A stretch of DNA of 64,000 nt from Syntrophorhabdaceae bacterium. GTDB lineage: Bacteria > Desulfobacterota > Syntrophorhabdia > Syntrophorhabdales > Syntrophorhabdaceae. Location: assembly GCA_963665295.1 (NCBI GenBank), contig OY762209.1, positions 2,816,001 to 2,880,000 on the forward strand. The letters run 5' to 3'. This document shows positions 18,586-30,428 of this stretch, in pieces (positions within the stretch are counted from its first letter, which is position 1; each line of letters opens with the position of its first letter). The translations under genes were made by a program, and so were the position numbers. The notes beneath the pieces were generated by a model, which did no database searches, was not told the DNA's origin, and saw only the letters and a program-made list of their open reading frames with translations.

Positions 18586-19755
18586 ATGAGTGCGAAAAAA
18601 GCGTTGATTACAGGCATTACCGGACAGGACGGAAGCTATCTGGCGGAGTTTTTGTTGAGCAAGGGTTACGAGGTGCATGGCCTCATCCGGAGGGCGAGTA
18701 CGTTCAATACGGGGCGAATCGATCACATATACTCGGACCCCCATACACCGGACGTACAGTTGTTCCTGCATTATGGCGACCTCTCCGATTCAGGGCAGGT
18801 CATAAACCTCATTTATAACGTACAGCCCGCGGAAGTGTACCATGTGGGCGCCCAGAGCCACGTCAAGGTGAGTTTCGACATGCCCGAGTATACAGGCGAC
18901 GTAACGGGCCTGGGAACGACACGGCTTCTCGACGCAATACGGAGAAGCGGAATAAAGACCAAATTCTACCAGGCGTCCTCTTCGGAGTTGTTCGGCGCTT
19001 CTCCCCCACCGCAGAGCGAAAAGACCCTGTTTTATCCCAGGAGTCCCTACGCGGCGGCGAAATTATACGCCTACTGGATGACCATCAACTACAGGGAAGG
19101 GTATGGCATGTTTGCCTGCAATGGTATCCTCTTTAATCACGAATCCCCGAGAAGGGGAGAGACCTTTGTTACCCGGAAGATAACGAGGGCGGTGGCAAAT
19201 ATCCTTGCCGGCAACCAGCAGAGGCTGTATCTCGGCAACCTGAACGCGAAAAGGGACTGGGGTTTTGCCCCCGAGTACATTGAGATGCAGTGGCTCATGC
19301 TTCAGCAGGAAGAACCGGACGATTATGTGATTGGCACCGGCGACAGCCGGTCTATCAGGGAATTTGTGGATCTTGCCTTCGGCTATGCGGGCGTCGAAAT
19401 CGAATGGCGAGGCACGGGTTCCGATGAGAAAGGGTATATCCGTTCATTGACACCCGATTGTTCGCGTTGCACCCCTCGTCTCCGGACGGGAGATGTCCTC
19501 GTCGAGGTTGATCCCCGTTACTTCCGCCCCACGGAAGTCGATTTCCTGCAGGCCGACATTACAAAGGCCAAAAGCCAATTGAAGTGGCAGCCCCGGACAA
19601 CATTCGAGGACCTCGTGAAGATCATGGTTGACTATGACCTCAAGATGGTGGAGATAGAACCGCCTGGAGAAGGGATAAATACTTGTTTTAACAAGGGTTT
19701 CCATTACACCAACCATGACTTTTCTCTCTACCAGAGGATCAACGAAAGAGGTTGA
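18586..19755 (+). CDS. gmd: GDP-mannose 4,6-dehydratase
   Basis: [43 protein letters not shown]. Confidence 0.97.
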   Translation: MSAKKALITGITGQDGSYLAEFLLSKGYEVHGLIRRASTFNTGRIDHIYSDPHTPDVQLFLHYGDLSDSGQVINLIYNVQPAEVYHVGAQSHVKVSFDMPEYTGDVTGLGTTRLLDAIRRSGIKTKFYQASSSELFGASPPPQSEKTLFYPRSPYAAAKLYAYWMTINYREGYGMFACNGILFNHESPRRGETFVTRKITRAVANILAGNQQRLYLGNLNAKRDWGFAPEYIEMQWLMLQQEEPDDYVIGTGDSRSIREFVDLAFGYAGVEIEWRGTGSDEKGYIRSLTPDCSRCTPRLRTGDVLVEVDPRYFRPTEVDFLQADITKAKSQLKWQPRTTFEDLVKIMVDYDLKMVEIEPPGEGINTCFNKGFHYTNHDFSLYQRINERG

Positions 19756-19794
19756 ACCCTGACGAGGCGGGCTGTGCGGGTTATACCGCACTAA

Positions 19795-20919
<1,125 letters not shown>

Positions 20920-21030
20920 ACCAACCCTTGTCGGGAGTTGAGCCGGCCATCATGTTGAGCGTCGGCAAAGGGGATGGAAACGGCATCGTCGTGTTGGCCA
21001 TATTGATCTTGTCGGCCGGGAGGTGGTAAG

Positions 21031-21834
21031 GTGGTCTGTAGTGAAATCGACTCAGGCATTGCAATAGTAAAACAACTGAGGAAGGAGATCATCAAGGCGT
21101 CGGCGGATTCCAACGAGGGTCACGTCCCGAGCGCGCTCTCCATCCTGGATATACTATGGGTGTTGTACGACAGGGTATTGAACGTCTATCCCGATCGTCC
21201 CGACCATCCGGACCGCGACCGGTTTATCCTGAGCAAAGGGCATGCGTCCCTTGGCCTTTACGCGGTTCTCGCGGAGAAGGGTTTTTTTGACAAATCGCTT
21301 ATGCGCGGCTTTGGGGCATACGACAGTATCTTGGGGGGTCATCCCGACAGGAACAAGATCCCGGGCGTCGAGGCGTCAACGGGCTCCCTGGGACATGGTT
21401 TCCCCATGAGCGTCGGAGTCGCTCTGGCCCTGAAGATAAAAGGATCATCGTCAAGGGTATATACGGTAATCGGGGACGGGGAGTGCAACGAGGGTACTAT
21501 CTGGGAGGCGGCTCTTCTCGCCCGTCACCAGAGACTGAACAACCTCGCCTGCATAATCGACTACAATCATTCCACCGACAGGGCATTGATGGTGGGAGAT
21601 CTCGCGGGAAAGTTCAAGGAGTTCGGATGGACGACCCGGGAGATAGACGGCCATGACCATGAAGCGATCTACCACGCGTGCCGTGAGGCGTCTCCGGATG
21701 CGCCGTTGGCCGTAATCGCCAATACCACAAAAGGGAAAGGCTGCGGAATGATGGAAAATGATCCCGCCTGGCATCACAGATCGCCCAACAGGGAAGAACT
21801 GGCGGAAATTTTCCGAAGTCTGGGTGAGCAATGA
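21031..21834 (+). CDS. Split transketolase, N-terminal (ThDP-binding) subunit, copy 1
   Basis: GH..SALS, DRDRFILSKGHA, STGSLGHG, GDGECNEG..WEA, T.KGKG. Confidence 0.92.
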   Translation: MVCSEIDSGIAIVKQLRKEIIKASADSNEGHVPSALSILDILWVLYDRVLNVYPDRPDHPDRDRFILSKGHASLGLYAVLAEKGFFDKSLMRGFGAYDSILGGHPDRNKIPGVEASTGSLGHGFPMSVGVALALKIKGSSSRVYTVIGDGECNEGTIWEAALLARHQRLNNLACIIDYNHSTDRALMVGDLAGKFKEFGWTTREIDGHDHEAIYHACREASPDAPLAVIANTTKGKGCGMMENDPAWHHRSPNREELAEIFRSLGEQ

Positions 21835-22712
21835 GAAAACAATTTGTAGAAACAATCGAAGCAGTTTTCGAGAAGGACGGCAGACTGGTCGTCTTGCTTG
21901 GGGATATCGGCGTCTTCGGTTTCAGGCGCGCGTTCCAGAAACATCCCGAGAGGATGTACAATGTAGGCATTCTGGAGCAGGCGACCGTGGGGCTTGCAGC
22001 GGGCCTTTCTTCCGAGGGCTTTATCCCGGTCGTCCACACCATCGCACCGTTTATTGTCGAGAGGAGTCTGGAACAGATCAAGATCGATTTTTGTTACCAG
22101 GGTCTTGGCGGGAACTTTGTGAGTGTAGGTGGCTCCTATGATTATGCGGCCCTTGGCTGCACCCATCATTGCCCGGGAGATGTGGGGATATTCAAGAACG
22201 TGCCGGACATGCAGATTGTCATACCCGGACATCCGGCCGAATTCGATGCCCTCTTTCACGAGGCGTACGCGAACGGGAAACCCACGTATTTCAGGTTAAG
22301 CGAAAAAAGCAACGCCTCGCCGTGCAACCCTGAATTCGGCAGGGCATCGGTGCTGAAACAGGGAAGATCGGCGACCGTACTGGCGGTGGGACCCATTCTC
22401 GACAACGTGCTGTCGGCATGCGCCGATAGAGATGTTACCATTTTGTATTATACTTCGGTGGAGCCCTTCGATATGCAAACCCTCGCGCAAAACTGTCCGT
22501 CGTCAAAGGTACTGCTCTGCGAGCCATACTATTCGGGCGCCCTGGACCATGATATCCTTAAATCGACGAGCCCGAAATGTGTTCGTATAGAGCATGTGGG
22601 AGTTCCCCATGCCTTTTTGAACCATTACGGGAGCGCTCGCGACCAGGACCGCGATATCGGAGTGACCCCGGAAGATATCCGCCTGAAACTGGAGAATCTT
22701 ATAAATGAATAA
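21831..22712 (+). CDS. Split transketolase, C-terminal subunit, copy 1
   Basis: NVGILEQ, R.LEQIK, G.THH, P.YFRL, KPFD-like EPFD. Confidence 0.9.
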   Translation: MRKQFVETIEAVFEKDGRLVVLLGDIGVFGFRRAFQKHPERMYNVGILEQATVGLAAGLSSEGFIPVVHTIAPFIVERSLEQIKIDFCYQGLGGNFVSVGGSYDYAALGCTHHCPGDVGIFKNVPDMQIVIPGHPAEFDALFHEAYANGKPTYFRLSEKSNASPCNPEFGRASVLKQGRSATVLAVGPILDNVLSACADRDVTILYYTSVEPFDMQTLAQNCPSSKVLLCEPYYSGALDHDILKSTSPKCVRIEHVGVPHAFLNHYGSARDQDRDIGVTPEDIRLKLENLINE

Positions 22713-22893
22713 ACTTGCCGGGATGATACTCGATGATGGGCGTCGTGCTTTTGAAAAGGTCGATCACCGTGCCCTTGAAGGCAAGAGGATCTTGATCACG
22801 GGAGTATCGGGCCTCATTGGGACCCATCTGCTGGCAAGCCTTAATTGCCTGAGGGCAAGAGAAGGCATCCGGTCCAGGTTGCACGGAGGATAG
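22705..22893 (+). pseudogene. Internally deleted copy of the SDR epimerase at 27125-28168
   Basis: First ~52 codons identical to the intact copy, then jumps to the terminal GG-stop/RBS (ggaggatag). Confidence 0.88.
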
Positions 22894-22895
22894 AA

Positions 22896-23816
22896 ATGGC
22901 TAAAACACTGATAACGGGTGCGGGCGGCCTTATCGGCTATGCCACAAGAAGCCTCGGGCTTCCCGACATGGTCTATCTGACAAGGAAGGATGCGGATCTT
23001 ACCAATTTCGAGGTAACGAAGGCACTGTTCAACTTGATCAAGCCGGACAAGGTGATACACTTTGCCGCCCAGGTAGGGGGGATCGGCAGCAACATCGTTC
23101 ATTCGGGGGAGTATTTCCGGAACAACATCATGATAAACATAAATGTCCTTGAAGCAGCACGGTTGAGCGGTGTTAAGAAACTGGTCTCCTTCATGTCCAC
23201 ATGCATCTTTCCCGACCAGTGCGAATATCCTCTCAATGAAAGGAATATACATAACGGACCCCCTCACCCTTCAAACTTCGGGTATGCCTATGCGAAAAGG
23301 ATGCTTGAGGTGCAGAGCGCCGCGTACAGGAAGGAATGGGGATGCGACTATATCGTCGTCATCCCCACAAACGTGTATGGCCCCAACGACAATTTCAGCC
23401 TCGAAGACGGTCATGTGGCATCTTCACTGATACACAAATGCTACCTGGCAATGAAGAACGGCACTGACCTCGTGGTCTGGGGAACGGGGAAGCCCTTGAG
23501 GGAGATGGTATACTCAAAGGATATCGCAAAGTTGGCTCTCTGGGCGCTGGAGAACTACGATGAGGACGATCCTATCATATTGTCGACGGGACTCGAAACA
23601 TCAATAATGAGCATCGTGAAAATCATCGTGGAAAAGATGGGGTTCAAGGGCAAAGTAGTATTTGATGAGACAAAGCCGGACGGGCAGTTCAGAAAGCCCT
23701 CCGATACCACAAAATTGAAGAGGTATCTGCCGGAACTCGAATTCACCCCCGTGGAAGAAGGGATGTCGGAAACAGTAGAATGGTTTCTCGCTCACTACCC
23801 GAATGTGAGGATGTGA
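22896..23816 (+). CDS. GDP-L-fucose synthase-like epimerase/reductase (FX/GFUS-type), paralog A
   Basis: STCIFP, YAYAKRM, PTNVYGPNDNF, GHV, WGTG.PLRE; about 90% aa identical to 28171-29091 by manual count. Confidence 0.88.
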   Translation: MAKTLITGAGGLIGYATRSLGLPDMVYLTRKDADLTNFEVTKALFNLIKPDKVIHFAAQVGGIGSNIVHSGEYFRNNIMININVLEAARLSGVKKLVSFMSTCIFPDQCEYPLNERNIHNGPPHPSNFGYAYAKRMLEVQSAAYRKEWGCDYIVVIPTNVYGPNDNFSLEDGHVASSLIHKCYLAMKNGTDLVVWGTGKPLREMVYSKDIAKLALWALENYDEDDPIILSTGLETSIMSIVKIIVEKMGFKGKVVFDETKPDGQFRKPSDTTKLKRYLPELEFTPVEEGMSETVEWFLAHYPNVRM

Positions 23817-23830
23817 ACGTCATGGCGGGG

Positions 23831-23930
23831 GAGTGGCAGGGCAAGGCGAGGATTCATCAAGCCCGGCTGAGCTGCATGGAGAGTTTTTTTGTCAAAGGAT
23901 GTTCCGTAATTGTCTGGTCCCCTTCCGTAA
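23831..23930 (+). pseudogene. C-terminal remnant of the SAM methyltransferase at 29095-30042
   Basis: EWQGKARIHQARLSCMESFFVKGCSVIVWSP versus intact EREGKARIHRAQRSYIGSLFIEGYSVIVWSP. Confidence 0.8.
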
Positions 23931-24254
23931 CCGCCTCATACTTTGCGTCCATTCCCGGTTAAGGTCTATAGCGGGATGCGGTCGCTCCCACGCCCCTCTT
24001 CACACACCTTATTGTATACAAAACAATCTCATGTTTTACCGGAATTGATCCACAAGTGGGCGATTTACGGTCATACGGGCCGCAGGCTTATTCAACTTCT
24101 TCTTGACAATTGCAGTCAACTTAAAATAATATAAAGCGGGTTTGAAATGTGTTGCACGGAAATAATCGGGGGGAAAGATTTTTACCGCGCCGGGCCGGAA
24201 ACATCCGGTTCTTTGGCAATAAATCTCCTTTCATACCAGTGGTAGTGAACCGGG

Positions 24255-24323
24255 CCGACAGGCTGAAGGCAGAATACTATAATGAATCGTTGGGCTGTTA
24301 CGACAGCCAGCGGCGGTAGCGCA
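24255..24323 (+). promoter_or_regulatory. Second copy of the promoter and JUMPstart/ops element
   Basis: Identical to 16986-17054. Confidence 0.78.
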
Positions 24324-24347
24324 TTTATTGACGTTAAGGATGGTTGA

Positions 24348-25325
<978 letters not shown>

Positions 25326-25450
25326 AACGCGGCATCCGGGGCAGTACACGGTTGACAGAGCCTGGGATTCCTCAGGCGGCTGTGGGTGTTGACCGGATAG
25401 AAAGGGAATTGTGACGGCGGCTTCAGTTCCGTCGGCCGGGAGGTGGTAAG

Positions 25451-26254
25451 GTGGTCTGTAGTGAAATCGACTCAGGCATTGCAATAGTAAAACAACTGAG
25501 GAAGGAGATCATCAAGGCGTCGGCGGATTCCAACGAGGGTCACGTCCCGAGCGCGCTCTCCATCCTGGATATACTATGGGTGTTGTACGACAGGGTATTG
25601 AACGTCTATCCCGATCGTCCCGACCATCCGGACCGCGACCGGTTTATCCTGAGCAAAGGGCATGCGTCCCTTGGCCTTTACGCGGTTCTCGCGGAGAAGG
25701 GTTTTTTTGACAAATCGCTTATGCGCGGCTTTGGGGCATACGACAGTATCTTGGGGGGTCATCCCGACAGGAACAAGATCCCGGGCGTCGAGGCGTCAAC
25801 GGGCTCCCTGGGACATGGTTTCCCCATGAGCGTCGGAGTCGCTCTGGCCCTGAAGATAAAAGGATCATCGTCAAGGGTATATACGGTAATCGGGGACGGG
25901 GAGTGCAACGAGGGTACTATCTGGGAGGCGGCTCTTCTCGCCCGTCACCAGAGACTGAACAACCTCGCCTGCATAATCGACTACAATCATTCCACCGACA
26001 GGGCATTGATGGTGGGAGATCTCGCGGGAAAGTTCAAGGAGTTCGGATGGACGACCCGGGAGATAGACGGCCATGACCATGAAGCGATCTACCACGCGTG
26101 CCGTGAGGCGTCTCCGGATGCGCCGTTGGCCGTAATCGCCAATACCACAAAAGGGAAAGGCTGCGGAATGATGGAAAATGATCCCGCCTGGCATCACAGA
26201 TCGCCCAACAGGGAAGAACTGGCGGAAATTTTCCGAAGTCTGGGTGAGCAATGA
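25451..26254 (+). CDS. Split transketolase, N-terminal subunit, copy 2
   Basis: Identical to 21031-21834. Confidence 0.92.
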   Translation: MVCSEIDSGIAIVKQLRKEIIKASADSNEGHVPSALSILDILWVLYDRVLNVYPDRPDHPDRDRFILSKGHASLGLYAVLAEKGFFDKSLMRGFGAYDSILGGHPDRNKIPGVEASTGSLGHGFPMSVGVALALKIKGSSSRVYTVIGDGECNEGTIWEAALLARHQRLNNLACIIDYNHSTDRALMVGDLAGKFKEFGWTTREIDGHDHEAIYHACREASPDAPLAVIANTTKGKGCGMMENDPAWHHRSPNREELAEIFRSLGEQ

Positions 26255-27132
26255 GAAAACAATTTGTAGAAACAATCGAAGCAGTTTTCGAGAAGGACGG
26301 CAGACTGGTCGTCTTGCTTGGGGATATCGGCGTCTTCGGTTTCAGGCGCGCGTTCCAGAAACATCCCGAGAGGATGTACAATGTAGGCATTCTGGAGCAG
26401 GCGACCGTGGGGCTTGCAGCGGGCCTTTCTTCCGAGGGCTTTATCCCGGTCGTCCACACCATCGCACCGTTTATTGTCGAGAGGAGTCTGGAACAGATCA
26501 AGATCGATTTTTGTTACCAGGGTCTTGGCGGGAACTTTGTGAGTGTAGGTGGCTCCTATGATTATGCGGCCCTTGGCTGCACCCATCATTGCCCGGGAGA
26601 TGTGGGGATATTCAAGAACGTGCCGGACATGCAGATTGTCATACCCGGACATCCGGCCGAATTCGATGCCCTCTTTCACGAGGCGTACGCGAACGGGAAA
26701 CCCACGTATTTCAGGTTAAGCGAAAAAAGCAACGCCTCGCCGTGCAACCCTGAATTCGGCAGGGCATCGGTGCTGAAACAGGGAAGATCGGCGACCGTAC
26801 TGGCGGTGGGACCCATTCTCGACAACGTGCTGTCGGCATGCGCCGATAGAGATGTTACCATTTTGTATTATACTTCGGTGGAGCCCTTCGATATGCAAAC
26901 CCTCGCGCAAAACTGTCCGTCGTCAAAGGTACTGCTCTGCGAGCCATACTATTCGGGCGCCCTGGACCATGATATCCTTAAATCGACGAGCCCGAAATGT
27001 GTTCGTATAGAGCATGTGGGAGTTCCCCATGCCTTTTTGAACCATTACGGGAGCGCTCGCGACCAGGACCGCGATATCGGAGTGACCCCGGAAGATATCC
27101 GCCTGAAACTGGAGAATCTTATAAATGAATAA
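26251..27132 (+). CDS. Split transketolase, C-terminal subunit, copy 2
   Basis: Identical to 21831-22712. Confidence 0.9.
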   Translation: MRKQFVETIEAVFEKDGRLVVLLGDIGVFGFRRAFQKHPERMYNVGILEQATVGLAAGLSSEGFIPVVHTIAPFIVERSLEQIKIDFCYQGLGGNFVSVGGSYDYAALGCTHHCPGDVGIFKNVPDMQIVIPGHPAEFDALFHEAYANGKPTYFRLSEKSNASPCNPEFGRASVLKQGRSATVLAVGPILDNVLSACADRDVTILYYTSVEPFDMQTLAQNCPSSKVLLCEPYYSGALDHDILKSTSPKCVRIEHVGVPHAFLNHYGSARDQDRDIGVTPEDIRLKLENLINE

Positions 27133-28168
27133 ACTTGCCGGGATGATACTCGATGATGGGCGTCGTGCTTTTGAAAAGGTCGATCACCGTGCCCTTGAAG
27201 GCAAGAGGATCTTGATCACGGGAGTATCGGGCCTCATTGGGACCCATCTGCTGGCAAGCCTTAATTGCCTGAGGGCAAGAGAGGATATGTCCTTCAAGAC
27301 ATATGGCGTGGTGAACAGCGACCCGGAAGATTACTTCTATGATATTGCTTCATTTGAAGGATCGGAGATGTTGCAGGGCGATTTAACGGACTGCGATTTT
27401 GTTCGAAGTTTGCCGGAATCGGATTTTATTATCCATGCGGCGGGCTACGGACAACCCGGCAAATTTTTGCAGGATCCCGTAAAGACCATCACCCTGAACA
27501 CGGTCGCCTTGTTGGGGCTTTTTGAAAAGGTCGCGGCCGGCGGCAAGCTGCTGTTTCTGAGCACGAGTGAAGTATATGTCGGCGTGCCCCAACCGCCCTA
27601 CAGGGAAACAGAGATAGGTAATACGAATACGGATCATCCCCGGGCCTGTTACATTGAAGCGAAAAGGTGCGGCGAAGCGATCTGCAATGCGTACAGACAA
27701 AAAGGAATAGAGGCGAAATCCGCAAGGGTGTCCCTCGCTTATGGTCCCGGAACGAGGGAAGGGGACAAAAGGGTAATTAACGAGTTCATACAGAGAGGTC
27801 TGAAGGGAGGGATATCCTTATTGGACCAGGGGTATGCCCGGAGGACGTACTGTTACGTAACCGATGCCACGGAGATCATGTGGAATATCCTGCTCAGAGG
27901 CTCGGATGCGATCTATAACGTGGGTGGCTTGTCCAAGGTTACCATACGGGACCTTGCGCAAAAAATAGGCCATTACCTGGATGTGCCCGTGTCTTTCCCC
28001 GCTGATGTGCCTGGTGGTTTGGCAGGCGCACCGGAGGATGTATACGTGGACATGGCGAAGGTTGAAGGGGAATTCGAAAAGAAGGAATATATTGACCTTG
28101 CAGAAGGTCTGAGACGGACCATAGAATGGCAGAAGGTATTTTATGCTGTTCGTAACACGGGAGGATAG
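27125..28168 (+). CDS. NAD-dependent epimerase/dehydratase (UDP-glucuronate decarboxylase-like extended SDR)
   Basis: ITGVSGLIG, IHAAG, STSEVY, RACYIEAKR.GE, YGPG, R..CYV.D. Confidence 0.88.
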   Translation: MNKLAGMILDDGRRAFEKVDHRALEGKRILITGVSGLIGTHLLASLNCLRAREDMSFKTYGVVNSDPEDYFYDIASFEGSEMLQGDLTDCDFVRSLPESDFIIHAAGYGQPGKFLQDPVKTITLNTVALLGLFEKVAAGGKLLFLSTSEVYVGVPQPPYRETEIGNTNTDHPRACYIEAKRCGEAICNAYRQKGIEAKSARVSLAYGPGTREGDKRVINEFIQRGLKGGISLLDQGYARRTYCYVTDATEIMWNILLRGSDAIYNVGGLSKVTIRDLAQKIGHYLDVPVSFPADVPGGLAGAPEDVYVDMAKVEGEFEKKEYIDLAEGLRRTIEWQKVFYAVRNTGG

Positions 28169-28170
28169 AA

Positions 28171-29091
28171 ATGGCTAAAACACTGGTAACGGGTGCGGGA
28201 GGCCTTATCGGCTACGCCACGAGGGGTCTCGGGCTTTCCGACACGGTTTATCTGACAAAGAAGGATGCAGACCTCACCAATTTTGAAGTAACGAAAGCGG
28301 TGTTCAACTTCATCAAGCCGGACAAGGTGATACATTTTGCGGCCCAGGTTGGGGGAATCGGCAGCAATATGGTGCATTCCGGAGAATATTTCCGGAATAA
28401 CCTCATGATAAATATAAACGTTCTTGAGGCGGCCCGCCTAAGCGGTGTGAAAAAACTTGTTTCTTTCATGTCCACCTGTATTTTTCCTGATCAGTGCGAA
28501 TATCCTCTCAATGAAAGGAATATCCATAAAGGCGCACCTCATCCGTCAAACTTCGGGTATGCCTACGCGAAACGGATGCTCGAAGTTCAGAGCGCTGCCT
28601 ACAGAAAGGAATGGGGATGCGATTATATCGTGGTTATCCCCACAAACGTGTATGGCCCCAACGACAACTTCAGTCTCGAAGACGGCCATGTGGCATCCTC
28701 ACTGATACACAAATGTTATCTCGCCATGAAGAACAATACGGACCTTGTGGTGTGGGGAACGGGGACACCCTTGAGGGAGATGGTATATTCGCAGGATATC
28801 GCAAAGTTGGCGATTTGGGCTTTGGAAAATTACGACGAGGACGATCCGATCATACTGTCGACGGGCCTCGAAACGGCGATAAAGAGCATAGTAGAGATCA
28901 TAGTGAAAACGATGGGCTTTAAGGGTAATGTAATATTTGATGAGACAAAGCCGGACGGGCAGTTCAGGAAGCCGTCGGATACGACAAAGCTGAAGAAATA
29001 CCTGCCGGAATTCAAGTTTACCCCTGTGGAAGAAGGCATTGCCGAAACGGTGCAGTGGTTTCTTTCGAACTACCCGAACGTGAGGATATGA
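28171..29091 (+). CDS. GDP-L-fucose synthase-like epimerase/reductase (FX/GFUS-type), paralog B
   Basis: Same motifs as 22896-23816. Confidence 0.88.
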   Translation: MAKTLVTGAGGLIGYATRGLGLSDTVYLTKKDADLTNFEVTKAVFNFIKPDKVIHFAAQVGGIGSNMVHSGEYFRNNLMININVLEAARLSGVKKLVSFMSTCIFPDQCEYPLNERNIHKGAPHPSNFGYAYAKRMLEVQSAAYRKEWGCDYIVVIPTNVYGPNDNFSLEDGHVASSLIHKCYLAMKNNTDLVVWGTGTPLREMVYSQDIAKLAIWALENYDEDDPIILSTGLETAIKSIVEIIVKTMGFKGNVIFDETKPDGQFRKPSDTTKLKKYLPEFKFTPVEEGIAETVQWFLSNYPNVRI

Positions 29092-29094
29092 GCC

Positions 29095-30042
29095 ATGGTT
29101 GATGATTTGAATAACAAACCCGAGAAATCACTTTCCGTCAAGGACTTTGCAGGAGCCTTCGGAGAGGAAATAAGTCCCTTTGTGGCCAAAAGAATCGGCG
29201 AATATGGATTCCGGTACGTCGAATTTACGGACGAGGAAAGGGATGGACTTTTAAAGAGAATAGTCGAGACCCTGCTTGACCCGAATCTCATGCAGTCGGG
29301 CGATCACCGACTCGAACAATGGGAGAAGGGTTGGGGAGAGAACCTGGACCTCATTTTGCAGCGCCCCGAAGATTCCCAATCGATTATTCCCAAATATTTC
29401 AGCAAATATGGTGCAATTCGATGGCGTGAGCGCTTCATTCGCCCTGTTTCCGAGCAGTTCGAATACCGCTCCCTTGCGATTATACAGGACTGGCTTTTCG
29501 ACCGGTACCTCCGGGATGCCGGCGCCATTTACGAGTTTGGCTGCGGAACGGGGTACAATCTGCTCAGGGCCCGCGAATTCAATCCCACGGCGAGCCTGTG
29601 GGGCATGGATTGGGCCACGTCGTCTCAAAAGATCATAGAGGAATTGGCCCGGAACGGCATTGACCCCGATATTCACGGCAAGCGTTTTGATTATTTCAAT
29701 CCCGATGATTCGTTTCAATTGGCTCCGGACGCCGTGGTATACACTGTGGCATCTCTGGAGCAGGTAGGTGCCCGATGGGACAAGTTCGTGGACTATATCC
29801 TCCGGAACCGTCCCAAGCTTTGCATCCATATCGAACCTGTGGGAGAGTTGCTGAATCCCGACAAGTTGATCGATTATCTGTCAATCGAGTACTTCAAAAA
29901 GCGCAACTACCTGCAGGGTTTCCTCAATGGCCTGCGACAACTCGAAAGGGAGGGGAAGGCGCGAATCCATCGCGCTCAGCGCAGCTACATCGGAAGCCTT
30001 TTTATTGAAGGATATTCGGTAATAGTCTGGTCTCCGGTCTGA
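29095..30042 (+). CDS. Class I SAM-dependent methyltransferase
   Basis: IYEFGCGTGYNL motif I, G.DW, SLEQ. Confidence 0.8.
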   Translation: MVDDLNNKPEKSLSVKDFAGAFGEEISPFVAKRIGEYGFRYVEFTDEERDGLLKRIVETLLDPNLMQSGDHRLEQWEKGWGENLDLILQRPEDSQSIIPKYFSKYGAIRWRERFIRPVSEQFEYRSLAIIQDWLFDRYLRDAGAIYEFGCGTGYNLLRAREFNPTASLWGMDWATSSQKIIEELARNGIDPDIHGKRFDYFNPDDSFQLAPDAVVYTVASLEQVGARWDKFVDYILRNRPKLCIHIEPVGELLNPDKLIDYLSIEYFKKRNYLQGFLNGLRQLEREGKARIHRAQRSYIGSLFIEGYSVIVWSPV

Positions 30043-30044
30043 TG

Positions 30045-30190
30045 GACCTGTTGACCAAAACAGGAAAGAAGACGCCATCGACTTTGTGTCCATGACGTTA
30101 GAGGCGCCGCAGCAGGAGAGATTCACGAAAAGACCGGTCGTCAAAGAGTTTCGAACCATCAGTTGTGAGCGAGAGTTCAATGGCGACTGC
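30045..30190 (+). pseudogene. Possible frameshifted remnant of an FkbM-family methyltransferase C-terminus
   Basis: Frame-hopping reads DLLTK...IDFVSM(D/T)..E...FRTISCEREF, resembling FkbM DLL......IDYLSID.EG...F..I.CEH.F. Confidence 0.3.
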
Positions 30191-30428
30191 ATTTTTCGGC
30201 ATGAAGACCATCATCCGGTCGGCAAAACACGTCTATGTTTTTATAGTCTGGAAATAAGGCATACCGAGCGCCTTTCCGGCAGGGAACCTCCATCGTATTG
30301 TTGATGGTAACTTCGGGTATGCCTGAGGAACTGATAATGATTGCTCCAATTTGTTTTTTCAACACCACAGTTGTCACCAAATCATCAGTTGACTGCGTTG
30401 CTATTGATAAGCCGGGAAGAGGATACCC

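Larger units (their letters stand above)
21011..22862 (+). repeat. Direct repeat R2, copy A (transketolase N and C genes plus 5' end of an SDR gene); partner 25431-27282
   Basis: Offset 4420; no differences seen; identical translations. Confidence 0.95.
25431..27282 (+). repeat. Direct repeat R2, copy B
   Basis: Matches 21011-22862. Confidence 0.95.

Noticed and set aside
22864..22872. GGCATCCGG near the ends of both R1 (18062) and R2, as a recombination site
   Set aside because: Short GC-rich 9-mer, not exactly at the R1 breakpoint, and no recombinase nearby; likely chance
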